Source: Mobula hypostoma (lineage: Eukaryota). Taken from it: a stretch of DNA of 64,000 nucleotides. The stretch lies in the NCBI RefSeq assembly GCF_963921235.1, contig NC_086108.1:98272001-98336000 (forward strand), in the 5' to 3' direction. The position numbers and the translations under genes are program-made. The notes under the pieces were generated by a model. That model made no database searches. It saw only the letters and a list, made by a program, of their open reading frames with translations, and was not told the origin of the DNA. Shown here piece after piece: positions 24,551-36,344 of this stretch (positions are counted from its first letter, which is position 1; the number at the start of each line of letters is the position of its first letter).

Positions 24551-25521
24551 TACTACAGTAACAGGCCCTTCTGGCCCAATGACTCGGTGTGATCATGTGA
24601 CCAATTAACCTATCTTCTGAATGAGGGAGGAAACCGTGGCACCAGGAGGAAACTCACACGGTCAAGGGGAGAATGTACAATATTGGGAGGGATATCATTA
24701 TACAATCATTTCCCGTTGAAAAACAGCCTCGTATCTCAGCCTTTTTCTATTTTAACCCTCTGCATTTCAGTATTACTTGCAATGTCTATATAGTACAATC
24801 AAAATACATTTCTAAAATTTTTCACCCATGTAAGCCTGATTAATTAAATCCATTTCTTCTCATGTAATTTTATCTCCTAATCTCGCCCAACTACCATCAG
24901 AACATCATCTCCAACACAAGAGAACCCAACACACTCAACCACCACTACAGTCATGACGTGTGCTGGCAATATTGGAACACTAATACAGAGGTAAAGCAGA
25001 CTCCAATGTAAAGACGGCAGTGAGAGTTTATTCATAATTCCAAAAGAACATCTGTGCTCAGCTGAACACCACCACGAGAAGTAACATTCTCAAAACAAGG
25101 ACCCCACAGTTAGCACTAATCAGGCAGCCACTTAAAAAAATATAAGTAACACAGAATCCATGAGCCTATCAAAATAAATTTAACAAGCTCAAACAGAAAG
25201 CACCAGGAGACCGCATTACAAAGAGCGAGTCGCTCGAGAAAAACACAGGGAACTCTAAATGATTCACGACTTTCGTTAAGCAACAATTAACCACTTCAAG
25301 TGCTCTAAAAACCTCAGAGCCCAGTGCTCCTTGGTGGCCTGCCCAGGCATGAAGTACTCATTCCAGCTACACTACCATCAAAATGCCCACTGTCTGTCCC
25401 TCAACCGCATTTTGGGAAATCTGATCACCTGGCTGTCCTCCTTCCTGCATGCAAACAGAGACTAAAGAGCAAGCCACCAGAGGTAAGGACAACAAAGTGG
25501 TGGTCATAGGAGGCAGAGGAG

Positions 25522-25828
25522 CAGTATCCGTTGGTCTTGCGAGACCATGGATCTGCGCCTGGAAAGTCTTCACTCTCCAGGGCGCAGGCCTGGGCGAGGT
25601 TGTATGGGAGACCAGCAGTTGCCCATGCTGCAAGTCTCCCCTCTCCACGACACCAATGTTGTCCAAGGGAAGGGCATTAGGACCCATAGAGCTTGGCACC
25701 AGTGTCGTCGCAGAGCATTGTGTGGTTAAGTGCCTTGCTCAAAGACACAACACGCTGCCTCTGCTGGGGCTTGAACTCACGACCTTCAGATCGCTAGTCG
25801 AATGCCTTAACCACTTGGCCACGTGCCC
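25522..25828 (-). mobile_element. tRNA-derived CORE-like SINE with RTE-type tail
   Basis: A box TGGCCAAGTGG and B box GTTCAAGCC on minus; TTGAGCAAGGCACTTAACC core; second copy at 49309-49590. Confidence 0.85.
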
Positions 25829-26844
25829 ACAATAGAATAGTCAATGGTCTGTGCCTTCTTCAAGGACTCGTCAGTGGAACTGAATCTGGTTTCTTAAGAG
25901 GTTGTAAAAAATTACCAAGGGTTAGTTTGGAAGAAGAACCAGGGGACTAGTTCCAAGGTCTCTGGTGAGCATGTAAATAGTTAATCCTCAATTAACATCA
26001 CTGAAGCTGCTGCTGTGATTTTCTTCTCAGTATCACAGGTGGCACTGTATTTTAACAAGTAGTAATGACACCTCACAGCTCGAGCAGCTTAATCTCAATC
26101 CTAACCTCTGGTGTTGTTTGTGTGGAGTTTCCCGAGTTCCCAATGGATGCTTTAGTTTCCTCCACATCCCAAAGGTGTGCTGGCTGTTTGGAAATCACTA
26201 GAATAGTTGGCTGGTGGGAGAATTAGGAAATACTTGTCGGGGATGTGTGAGAGAATAGAGAATTGCACTGGGGAATGGAATTGCTCAGAGAGTACAACGT
26301 CAAAGTCAACATAAATTTATTATCAAAGTACATATACAACTATATACTACCTTGCGGTTCATTTTCTTGCAGGTATTTCAGGAAAATAGAGAAATTCAAC
26401 AGAATTTATGAAAAACAATACATAAACAAAGTCTGAGAGATAACCAATGTGCAAAAGAAGAGAAATTAATCAGAGCAAAATAAATAAATACATAATATGG
26501 AGAACCTTTGTTGCAGAGTCCTTGACAGTAAGTCTGTAGGTTATAGAGTCAGATCAGAGTTGAGGAGTGTGAATTTCTCCATTCTGGTTCAGGAGCCCAA
26601 TGGTTGTAGGGCAATAACTCTTCTTGAAAACCATGATGAGGACCTAAAACTCCTGCTGCGAGAAGAGAACATGGCTTGGATGGTGGGTGTCCTTGATGAT
26701 GGATGCCGGTTTCTTGTGGCAGAGCTCTTTGTAGATATGCTCAATGATAGGGCAGGATTTACCTGTGATGGACTGGGTTATATCCTCCACTTTTGGTGGA
26801 CTTTTCCATTCCTGGGCATTGGCGTTTCCATACCAGACCATGTA

Positions 26845-27726
26845 GGCCGTATCTCGGGTAATGATGAGTTTGAGTACAGAGAGGAAATTAAGAACCTGGT
26901 GGCATGGTGCGAAGACAACAACCTATCCCTCAACGTCAGCAAGACGAAGGAATTGGTTGTTGACTTCAGAAGGAGTAGCGGACCGCACGACCCAATTTAC
27001 ACCAGTGGTGCGCAAGTGGAACAAGTCAAAAGCTTTAAGTTCCCCGGGGTCAATATCACAAATGACCTGACTTGGTCCAACCAAGCAGAGTCCACTGCCA
27101 AGAAGGCCCACCAGCACCTTTACTTCCTGAGAAAACTAAAGAAATTTGGACTGTCCCCTAAAATCCTCACTAACTTTTATAGATGCACCACAGAAAGCAT
27201 TCTTCTAGGGCACATCACAACCTGGTATGGAAGTTGTCCTGTCCAAGACTGGAAGAAGCTGCAGAAGATCGTGAACACGGCGCAAAACATCACACAAACC
27301 AATCTTCCGTCCTTGGACTCACTTTACACCGCACGCTGTCAGAGCAGTGCTGCCAGGATAATCAAGGACACAACCCACCCAGCCAACACACTTTTCGTCC
27401 CTCTTCCCTCCGGGAGAAGGCTCAGGAGCTTGAAGACTCGCACGGCCAGATTTGGGAACAGCTTCTTTTCAACTGTGATAAGACTGCTGAACGGATCCTG
27501 ACCCGGATCTGGGCCGTACCCTCCAAATATCTGGACCTGCATCTCGTTTTTTTTGCACTACCTTACTTTCCATTTTTCTATTTTCTAATTATGAACTATA
27601 ATTTAAATTTTTAATATTTACTATCGATTTGTAATCCAGGGAGTGAGAAGCGCAGAATCAAATATCGCTCTGATAATTGTACGTTCTAGTATCAATTGTT
27701 TGGCGACAATAAAGTATAAGGTATAT
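26845..27726 (+). mobile_element. Young Rex1/Babar-like LINE 3' portion inserted in an antisense Rex1 copy
   Basis: Open RT C-terminal frame (LSLNVSKTKELVVDFRR, KKAHQHLYFLRKL) to stop at 27501; tail AATAAAGTAT; near-identical tails at 33988-34268 (-) and 57022-57412 (+). Confidence 0.9.
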
Positions 27727-29716
27727 AACTGGTCAGGATAATCTCCACCATGCATCTGTAGAAGTTTGTCAAAGTTTTAGATGACATGCCAATCTATGCA
27801 GACTTCTAAGTTGGCAGAGACAGGACAGATCAAATACAAGGGAAAAATGCGGAATCATGCTGTGCCAAAATGGACTGCTTTATTTCTGTCATTATAATAG
27901 CAATTACAATATCTTGGCATGTCCCGAATATTGTAACAGTTATTACATAAATGCCCTTGTTATTCAATTTGAATTGGTCACTGTTTTCAACACAGACACC
28001 ACCTAGCTTTATTTCAAACTCCCCAGCGTTTTGTGAATGCTCCAAAATAATTATCAAGGCTGTGTATATTTTCCTCAGGTCGCTTTCATCTTTGACATAA
28101 ATAGTGTCCATGGGGAATTTGCTGTTTTTGAATCCGTCTATTGGCTAGTTACCTTTGTTGTGAGGGCACGCTGCCAGCGGCTTGCTTGTGAATACACGGA
28201 GGGAGAGGCTGCTCATGGTGTTTACTGACTATTCACAGTGTTTGCTCTGCTTCAGGTGTATGTGTGTCCAAAAGCTTTTGTTTCTTTTGCTATTGAAGTG
28301 CTGATAATGTTTCTCATAATCATTCTTATGGCTATAAATAGAGTTAATATATAATTCTCTTCGCATTCAAACTTTGGTGGCTATCCTATGGTAAATGACT
28401 GAGATTGATCCTATGCTAATAATTTCTGTGTAACCAACACCTACTCATGGCATTTTTCTGGAAATTTTTATCCTGACTTTAATGTAGAATCTGTCAAAAG
28501 TTGTTTTTGTTGTCTTCCCCTGTTCCTATAGAATCTGTTTCTGAGAAATCTGATTGCTTGCTGAGAAACTAAAACCAAATCTGGCTTCTAACTTACTGGC
28601 TGGGTCTGCGCTGTCAAAAGCCATCCTTTTCTCTCCAGTTCTCTTCGCATCTTTAACCATTGCCCTCCTCCTCACTTACTTCCTTACATCTCCGATCACG
28701 TCCACAACGTTTTGGAAAGGGAGGGAGAGCAGCCGGATGACATAGTGAGGAAAAGGAAAGAGGTTCTGAAAAGAGATTTTAGAGAGCTAAGTAGAAAGCT
28801 GAGAAGCAGGACCTCCTGGGTAGTAATTTCTGGATTGCTGCCTGTGCTACGCGCCAGTGAGGATGATTTGGCAGATAAATGCGTGGCTGAGAAGCTGGTG
28901 CAGGGGGCAGGGCTTCAGATTCTTAGATCACTGGGATCTCTTCTGGGGGAGGCATGACCTGTTCAAAAGTGACAGTTCGCACCTGAACCTGAGGGGGAAC
29001 CAATATTCTCATGGGCAGGTTCGTAGAGCTGTTGGGGAGGGTTTAAACTAATTTGGCAGCGGGGTGGGAACCGGAGTGAAAGGACTCGGGATAGGACAGA
29101 TGGTAAAAAAGTAAAGATAGCGTGCAGTCATATTGTCAGGAAGGGCAGGCAGGTGATGGGACACAGTCGCAGCCAACAGGGTGAATATCAGTACATTAGG
29201 GGTGCAAAAGGGGTAGCAAATACGGTACTCAAGGTATTGTATCTCAATGTGCAGAGTATAAGAAATAAGGTGGATGATCTTGTTGCACTATTACAGGTTG
29301 CCAGGTATGACATTGTGGCCATCACTGAATCGTGGCTGAAAGATGGTTGTAGTTGGGAGCTCAATGTCCAAGGTTACATGTTGTATCAGAGGGATGGGAA
29401 GGTAGGCAGGGGAAGGCATGGCTCTACTGGTAAAGAATGGCATCAAATCAGTAGAAAGATGTGACATAGGATCGGAAGTGTTGAATCCTTGTAGGTTGAA
29501 TTTAAAAACTGCAAGAGTGAAAGGACATTGATGGCAGTTATATACAGGCCTCCCAACAACGGCTAGGAGGTGGACCACAGATTACAACAGGAAGTAGAAA
29601 AGGCTCGTCAAAAGGGAAATGTTATGATAGTCATGGGAGACTTTAACATGCAGGTCGATTGAGAAAATTAGGGTGGTAATGGATATCAAGAGAGTGAGTT
29701 TGTTGAGTGCCTAAGA

Positions 29717-30065
29717 CAGTGGTCCCCAACCTCTGGGCCGCGGACCGATGCCGGGCCACGAAGAATGCAGGGGCGCAGCGGTAGCCGGGACGCACCCAGC
29801 ACATCTTTAAGAAAAAAGACGAAATAAACAAGCTAATTAATTTGGCGCCGCACAGCACGTAAATGTCGGCCCAGATCAGAGGTGTTTTCTCGGCAATCGT
29901 CTCTGATCTGGGCCGACATTTACGTGCCGGGCGGCACCTTATTAATTAGCTTGTTTATTTCGGCTTTTTTCTTAAAGATGTGCTGGGTGCATCCCGGCCA
30001 CCGCTGCACCTCTGCATGCTTCGCGAATCGGTATCGGTCCGCGGCCTGGAGGTTGAGGACCATTG
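29717..30065. mobile_element. Palindromic hAT-type MITE
   Basis: TIR CAGTGGTCCCCAACC; whole element is an inverted repeat; exact 8-bp TSD GCCTAAGA at 29709-29716 and 30066-30073. Confidence 0.92.
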
Positions 30066-31374
30066 GCCTAAGAGATGGCTTCTTAGAGCAGTTTGTCATT
30101 GAGACTACTAGGGGATCAGCTATTCTGGATTGGGTGTTATGGGGTGTTAACCGGAGATGATTAGGGAGCTTAAGGTAAGAGAACTCTTAGGAACCAGTGA
30201 CCACAATATGATTGAGTTCAACTTGAAATTTGATAGGGAGAAAGTAAAGTCTGACGTAGCAGTATTTCAGTGGAGTAAGGGAAATCACAGTGGTATGAGA
30301 GAGGAGTTGGTCAAAGTAAATTGGAAGGAGCTACTGGCAGAGATATCATCAGAGCAGCAATGACGTGCATTTCTGGGAAAAATGAGGAAGGTGCAGGACA
30401 TGTGTATTCCAAAAATGAAGAAATACTCAAATGGCAAAATAGTGCAACTGTGGCTGACAAGGGAAGTCAAAGCTAATGTAAAAATAAAAGAGAGGGCATA
30501 TAACAAAGCAAAAATTAGTGAGAAGACAGAGGATTGGGAAGTTTTTAAAAACCTGCTGAGAGCAACCAAAAGAATAATTAGAAGGGAAAAGGTGAAATAT
30601 GAAAGCAAGCTAGAAAATAATATCAAAGTGGATAGTAAAAGCTTTTTCAAGTATGTGAAAAGTAAAAGAGATGAAAATGGACATAGGACTGCTAGAAAAG
30701 GAAGCAGGAGAAATAATAACGGATACAAGGAAATGCAGATGAACTAAGTGAGTATATTTCATCAGTCTTCACTGTGGAAGACACTAGCAGTGTGCCAGAT
30801 AACACCCCATAACACCCAATTCAGTGTGTGAAGGAGGAGATGTGGGTGCAGATACTATTACAAGGGAGAAGGTGCTCTAAAATCTGAAAGACCTAAGAGT
30901 ACATAAGTCACCCATACCAGATGCACTGCACCCTAGGGTTCTGAAAGAAGGAGCATTAGTGATTGTAGTGGCATTAAAAATAATCTTTCAAAAATCATTG
31001 GACTCTGGCATGGTGCCAGAGGACTGGAAAATTGCAAATGTCACTCCACTCTTTAAGAAAGGAGGAAGGCAGCGGAAAGGAAATTATAGACCAGTTAGCC
31101 TGACCTCAGTGGTTGGGAAGATGTTGGAGTCAATTGTTAAGGATGAGGTGATGGAGTACTTGGTGACACAGGACAAGATAATACAAAGTCAGCATGGTTT
31201 CCTTCAGGGAAAATCCTGCTGATGAACCTGTTGGAATTCTTTGAAGAGATTACAAGTAGGATAGATAAAAGGGATGCAGCGGATGTTGTATATTTGGACT
31301 TTCAGAAGGCCTTTGACAAGGTGCCACACATGAGGCTGCTTACCAAGTTAAGAGCCCATTGTATTACAGAGAAG

Positions 31375-31618
31375 GCCGGCTGGTGGCACAGTGAGATCAA
31401 AGCCGGACTCTGGAGCGAAGGTTCCCGAATTCGAATCCAGGCCGAGCCACCCCCAAGCACACTTTCCATCCATGCTGGGTTGAGTGTCGAGCTAGCCGCT
31501 CGGCCTCGTAAAAAATAGAAGGGTGGAGTCAGGAACGTTTATAACGTGACCCGGTTAATCCTGACACCACGTGCCAGACAGGAATGGCTGAATGTCTGGT
31601 ACGACACACTTTTAAAAA
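31375..31618 (+). mobile_element. tRNA-derived SINE inserted in CR1
   Basis: A box TGGCACAGTG, B box ATTCGAATCC; 3' hairpin GTGCCAGACA/TGTCTGGTAC; TSD ATTACAGA(G/A)AAG. Confidence 0.8.
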
Positions 31619-32609
31619 ATTACAGAAAAGTTACTAACATGATTGATTGGAAGAAGGCAGAGAATAAAAGGATCCTTGTCTGGTGTTCCGCAGTGGTCAG
31701 TGTTGGACCACTTCTTTTTATGCCATATATAAATGATTGAGATGATGAAATAGGTAGCTTTTTTGCCAAGTTTGCAGGTGACACAAAGATTGGCAGGTAG
31801 TGTTGAGGAAACAGTTAGGATACAGAAGGCCAAAAAAGTGGCAAATGAAACATAATGTTGAAAAATGCATGGTCATGCACTTTGGTAGAGGAAATAAACA
31901 TGCAGAATATTTTCTAAATGGGGAGAAAATCCAAAAATCTGAAATGCAAAGAAACTTGGGAGGCCTTGTGCAGAACACCCTGCAGGTTGAGTCGGTGGTG
32001 AGGAAGGCAAATGCAATGTCAGCATTCATTTCAAGAGGTCTAGAATACAAGAGCAGGGGTGTGAGGCTTTATAAGGCACTGGTGAGGCCTCACCCCAAGT
32101 ATTGTGTACAGTTTTGGGCTCCTCATCTTAGAAGAATGAAAGGGTTATCATATGAGGAACGTTTGATGGCTCTGGGTCTGTACTTGCTGGAATTTACAAG
32201 GATGAGGGGGGATCTCATTGAAATTTTTCAAGTGTTGAAAGGCCTAGATGGAGTAGATGTGGTAAGGATGTTTCCAGTGGTGGGACAGTCTAGGACAATA
32301 CAGCCTCGGGATAGAGGAGCATCCATTCAAAACAGAGATACAGAGAAATTTCTTTAGCTAGAGGATGGTGAACTTGTGGAATTTGTTGCTACATGCAGCT
32401 GTGGAGGACAGGTCGTTGGGAGTATTTAAGGCAGAGATTGATAGGTTCTTGATTGGACATGGCATCAAAGGTTACAGGGAGAAAGCTGGGAAATGGGTTG
32501 AGGAGGAGAAATAAAAGGATCAGCTATGATTGAATGGCAGAACAGACTCGATGGGCCAAATGGCCTAATTCTTCTCCTATGTCTTATGGTCCTATGGTCT
32601 TACGGTAAT

Positions 32610-32921
32610 TCCTGTTACACCACTGGTGGTTAGGGCAGCAATGAAGGTCCTCCATCACTGTCTGTATGGAAGGATTCTACATTGCTTTCTCCGTAATAAT
32701 TGTTTTTTGATCAGTCAGGGTTGTTATCCCTGAGCTGAAGTCTCAAACCTGGAGGACTGGTGGGCCACTCTTAGTCTGGTCTCTACCCTTTGATCTGTTT
32801 GGCATCGGTGACCCTACCAAGAGCCAAAGCACAAGTCTCTGGCTCCAGCCATCATTGCTCCTGGGTCACTGAGGCATGCAAGCCTCCAAATCCCACAACA
32901 GGGTTGAGGTCCTCTTGGAGG
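32610..32921 (-). mobile_element. Short RTE-derived element (family C, copy 2)
   Basis: Aligns to 22024-22431 and has the same 5' terminus CCTCCAAGAGGACC. Confidence 0.7.
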
Positions 32922-34296
32922 TCTTTTAATCAGAATCGGATTTACTATCGCTGACATATGTCGTGAAGTTTGTCGTTTTGCAGCAGCAGTGTAATACATA
33001 AAAATTACCATGTTGCAGTAAGAAATATTAAAAAATAATTAAGTAGTACAAAAAAGAGAGCAAAAAGTGAGGTAGTTTTCTGGGGTTCATGATCCATTCA
33101 GATGCTCAGACACATCCTAGGATAATCTGATGGTAGAGAGAGGGAAGATGTCCCTAAATAAGTGTGTGTCTTTAGGTTCCTATAACTCCTCCTTGATTAT
33201 AGTATTGAGAAGAGGGCATATCCTAGGTAGTGGGGTCCTTAATGATGGATTCTGCCTCTTTAAGGCATTGCCTATTGAAGATGTCCTTGATGCTGCGGAG
33301 GCAAGTGCCCATGATGGAGGTGGCTGAGTTTACAAGCCTCTGCAAGCTTTTCTGATCCTGTATGGTATATCTGTAAATTATCCTTGTTTGCACATTATCT
33401 TAACGTTTGTCTTGCTGCAATTTCCATACATGTCTCTCACAGTTCTATGTACCTCTGTGAGATCACCCCAATTTCTGATAACTTCTGGAAAGATACTCTG
33501 GCAAATGTATTCATCTCATTCAGTTTAAGAATAATTTGTTCCACTTTACTTTGTGAAGTGGATACAGCCCAGTCCATCATAGGTAAAGCCCTCCCCACCA
33601 TTGAGCCCACCGACAGGGAACACTGTCACAGGAAAGCAGCATTCATCATCAAGGACCCTCACCATACGGCCCATGCTCTCTTCTCGCTGCTGCCATCAGG
33701 AGGAAGGTACGAGAGCCTCAGGACTCACACCGCCAGGTTCAGGAACATTTATTACCCCTCAATCATCAGGCTCTTGAACCAAGGGGGATAACTTCACAGA
33801 ACTTCACTTGCCCCGTCATTGAAATGTTCCCACACCCTATGGACTCACTTTCAAGGACTCTTCATCTCATGTTCTCATATTTATTATTATTATTTATTCT
33901 TTTTTGTATCTGCAGTTTTGTTATATTTTGTACATTAGTTGAATGCCCAAGTTGGTGCGACTTTCATTGATTCTGTTATGGTTATTATACTTTATTGTCG
34001 CCAAACAATTGATACTAGAACGTACAATCATCATAGCGATATTTGATTCTGCGCTTCCAGCTCCCTGGATTACAAATCAATAGTAAATATTAAAAATTTA
34101 AATTATAAATCATAAATAGAAAATATAAAAATGGAAAGTAAGGTAGTGCAAAAAAAAAACCAAGAGGCAGGTCCGGATATTTGGAGGGGACGGCCCAGAT
34201 CCGGGTCAGGATCCGTTCAGCAGTCTTATCACAGTTGGAAAGAAGCTGTTCCCAAATCTGGCCGTACGAATCAATTCTATGGATTTATTGAGTATG

Positions 34297-34511
34297 GGTG
34301 TCAAAATAGTCATTGTAATGTGTCTCGTGTGGTAGTGTAGTGGGTAGTACTTGACACTCTCAGCTTCCACCGCTGGCTAGCAGTCTTGTGAAAAGGAGAG
34401 CTGAATGTGTAAGTCTCTCCCTGCCTCTCCAACAGCAGGCCTCATTAGTGCTTCCTTGCTGGCAACACAGAAAAATTGAGCTCCTTTTGGGCTCAGGCTG
34501 AACTACAGAGG
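34297..34511 (+). ncRNA. Candidate HDV-like ribozyme (family D head)
   Basis: Hand fold: P2 CCTCnnTAGT/ACTAnnGAGG; P3 GCT/GGC; L3 TCCTTGCT; P4 TGAGCTC/GGGCTCA; J4/2 GGCTGA; P1 GTGTC/(A)ACAC. Confidence 0.6.
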
Positions 34512-34769
34512 ACGGGAGGAGATCTGGCCCCTGCACAGGCAGCACGCTAGGCCCACTGATGTGTAGACACACCCTGGTGCTCATGAACCAGATCCCCAGC
34601 AATGGGTAAATAGTCCCATTGCCTCGTGGGCAGTCTCAGGAGAGGCGAGGGTTATGTGAGTAAACCCAGGCAGCAGATTTGGAGTGGACCCCCTCAGGTG
34701 GCTGGACGTCATTGAACATCTTTCCAGCTGCTCCTGCGGTCAAGCTGGTGCCAAACATATTGCTTCATA

Positions 34770-35390
34770 GGGTGCCGTGCACAATCCTAATTTGATGGAG
34801 ACAGACGTGAGAGCATGGAGGAACATCTGGTGAAACTTCTGAAATGCCTGCTTCGCTGCCACTGCCACTGCCACTCTGTGATCCAGAATCTCCGGAGGAG
34901 AAGGCCCCGAGTCCTCGGCTTTGCTTGTCGCTCGGCGGCCGGGGCAGGGTTGAAGCGCTCGGCAGAGGATGGTGCTCGGTGCTCGGTGTCGGAGGGCTGG
35001 TCGGAGGCTCGAAGTTTTCGGATGAACTCAGAGTCCGCTGCGGTCGGGTGCTTCCAATGGTGCTGCATCGGCAAGTTTGCGGCGCTTGGAAGTTCCTGGC
35101 GGGGAGAGTTTCTCCCTTCTACCGCCTGCGTGAGATGATGCGGATATCGGGACTTGAGATTTTTTTTTACCGTGCCCATGGTCTGCTCTTTATCAAATTA
35201 CGGTATTGCTTTGTACTGTTGTAACTATATGTTATAATTAGGTGGTTTTGTCAGTTTTAGTCTTGGTTTGTCCTGTGTTTCTGTGATAGCTTTCTGGAAG
35301 AACATTGTATCATTTTTTAAAGCATGCATTTCTAAATGACAATAAACGAGGACTGAGTGTCCTCATAATCTAATCTAATCTAATCTAATC
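34770..35390 (+). mobile_element. Non-coding retroelement with 3' stem-loop and (TAATC)n tail
   Basis: AATAAA followed by GAGGAC-tgagt-GTCCTC hairpin and (TAATC)5; relative at 54317-54927. Confidence 0.75.
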
Positions 35391-36344
35391 ATACGTTTCC
35401 TTTGGAGTACACTGGTGAGACCAAGTCGGAGATCTTGATGACTGGGCATCTCAGGATCTCCATACCTTCCATCCAGGCTTGGGATGATGATCATCGTTAC
35501 CCATTGTCCTTCGAGGCAGATTGTTGCCAACCAACTATTGAGTATGCAGGCAAAAAAAAAAGAATCTCAGGGTTGTATATTGTGCCATATATGGACTTAA
35601 ACAATAAATTTACTTTGAACTTTGGCCTGGCTGCATCATGGCCTGGTAAGAAAACTCCAATGCCTTTGAATGGAAAGTCCTACAGAAGTTAATGGATTCG
35701 GCCCAGTACATCACGGGTAAAGCCCCCCCAACCTCTGAGCACATCTATATGAAATGCTGTTGTAGGAAAGCAGCATCCACCATCAAATATCCCCACCACC
35801 CAGGCCATACTCTCTTCTCATTTCTCCCATCAGGTAGAAGGTACAAGAGCCTCAGGACTCGCACCACCAGGTTCAAGAACAATTACTATTGATTCTTCAA
35901 TGATTCAAGAACCTGTTATAGCTACTATTCTACACATTTCCTGAGTATGCCCACAAGAAAATAAATCTCAGGGTTGTTTATAGTAACATATATGTACTTT
36001 GATAATAAAATTTACTTTACCTTTGAAGCAATGCAACATCATACACTAGGTAAACACATGTTTGCATTTTGATTCTATTAACAGTATGTGCTCACTTATT
36101 CTCGTATTACATGTTAAAGCATATCATACACTTCACTAATATTGCCAAAGAAAATACTGAAAAAGTTGAAAATGCTTAAGTGGTCAGCTAGTATTTGTGT
36201 GAAGAAATACAGAACTAACATTCCAGATCTGACCTGTCGAGGGTTTCCAACACTTTACTTCAGATTTCCAGCACCTGCATTGTTTTTGATTTTCTAACAT
36301 TATCAGGTTCATCTGACTGTATTGTCATCTCAGGGAAACGATGT

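Larger units (their letters stand above)
28712..32602 (+). mobile_element. Long decayed CR1 LINE (ORF1 esterase-like, APE, RT) with nested MITE and SINE
   Basis: VVISGLLPV; YLNVQSIRNK; AITESWL; SDHNMI; NYRPVSLTS; YLDFQKAFDKV; (TTATGGTC)n tail. Confidence 0.9.
34297..35535 (+). mobile_element. Short RTE-tailed element (family D), interrupted by 34770-35390
   Basis: 11-bp TSD TATTGAGTATG at 34286-34296 and 35536-35546; RTE-like tail CCATTGTCCTTCGAGGCAGA...(CCAA)n. Confidence 0.8.

Noticed and set aside
26497..27501. 334-aa ORF as a novel gene
   Set aside because: Chimera: the first ~115 aa read through an antisense Rex1 copy and the rest is Rex1 RT C-terminus.
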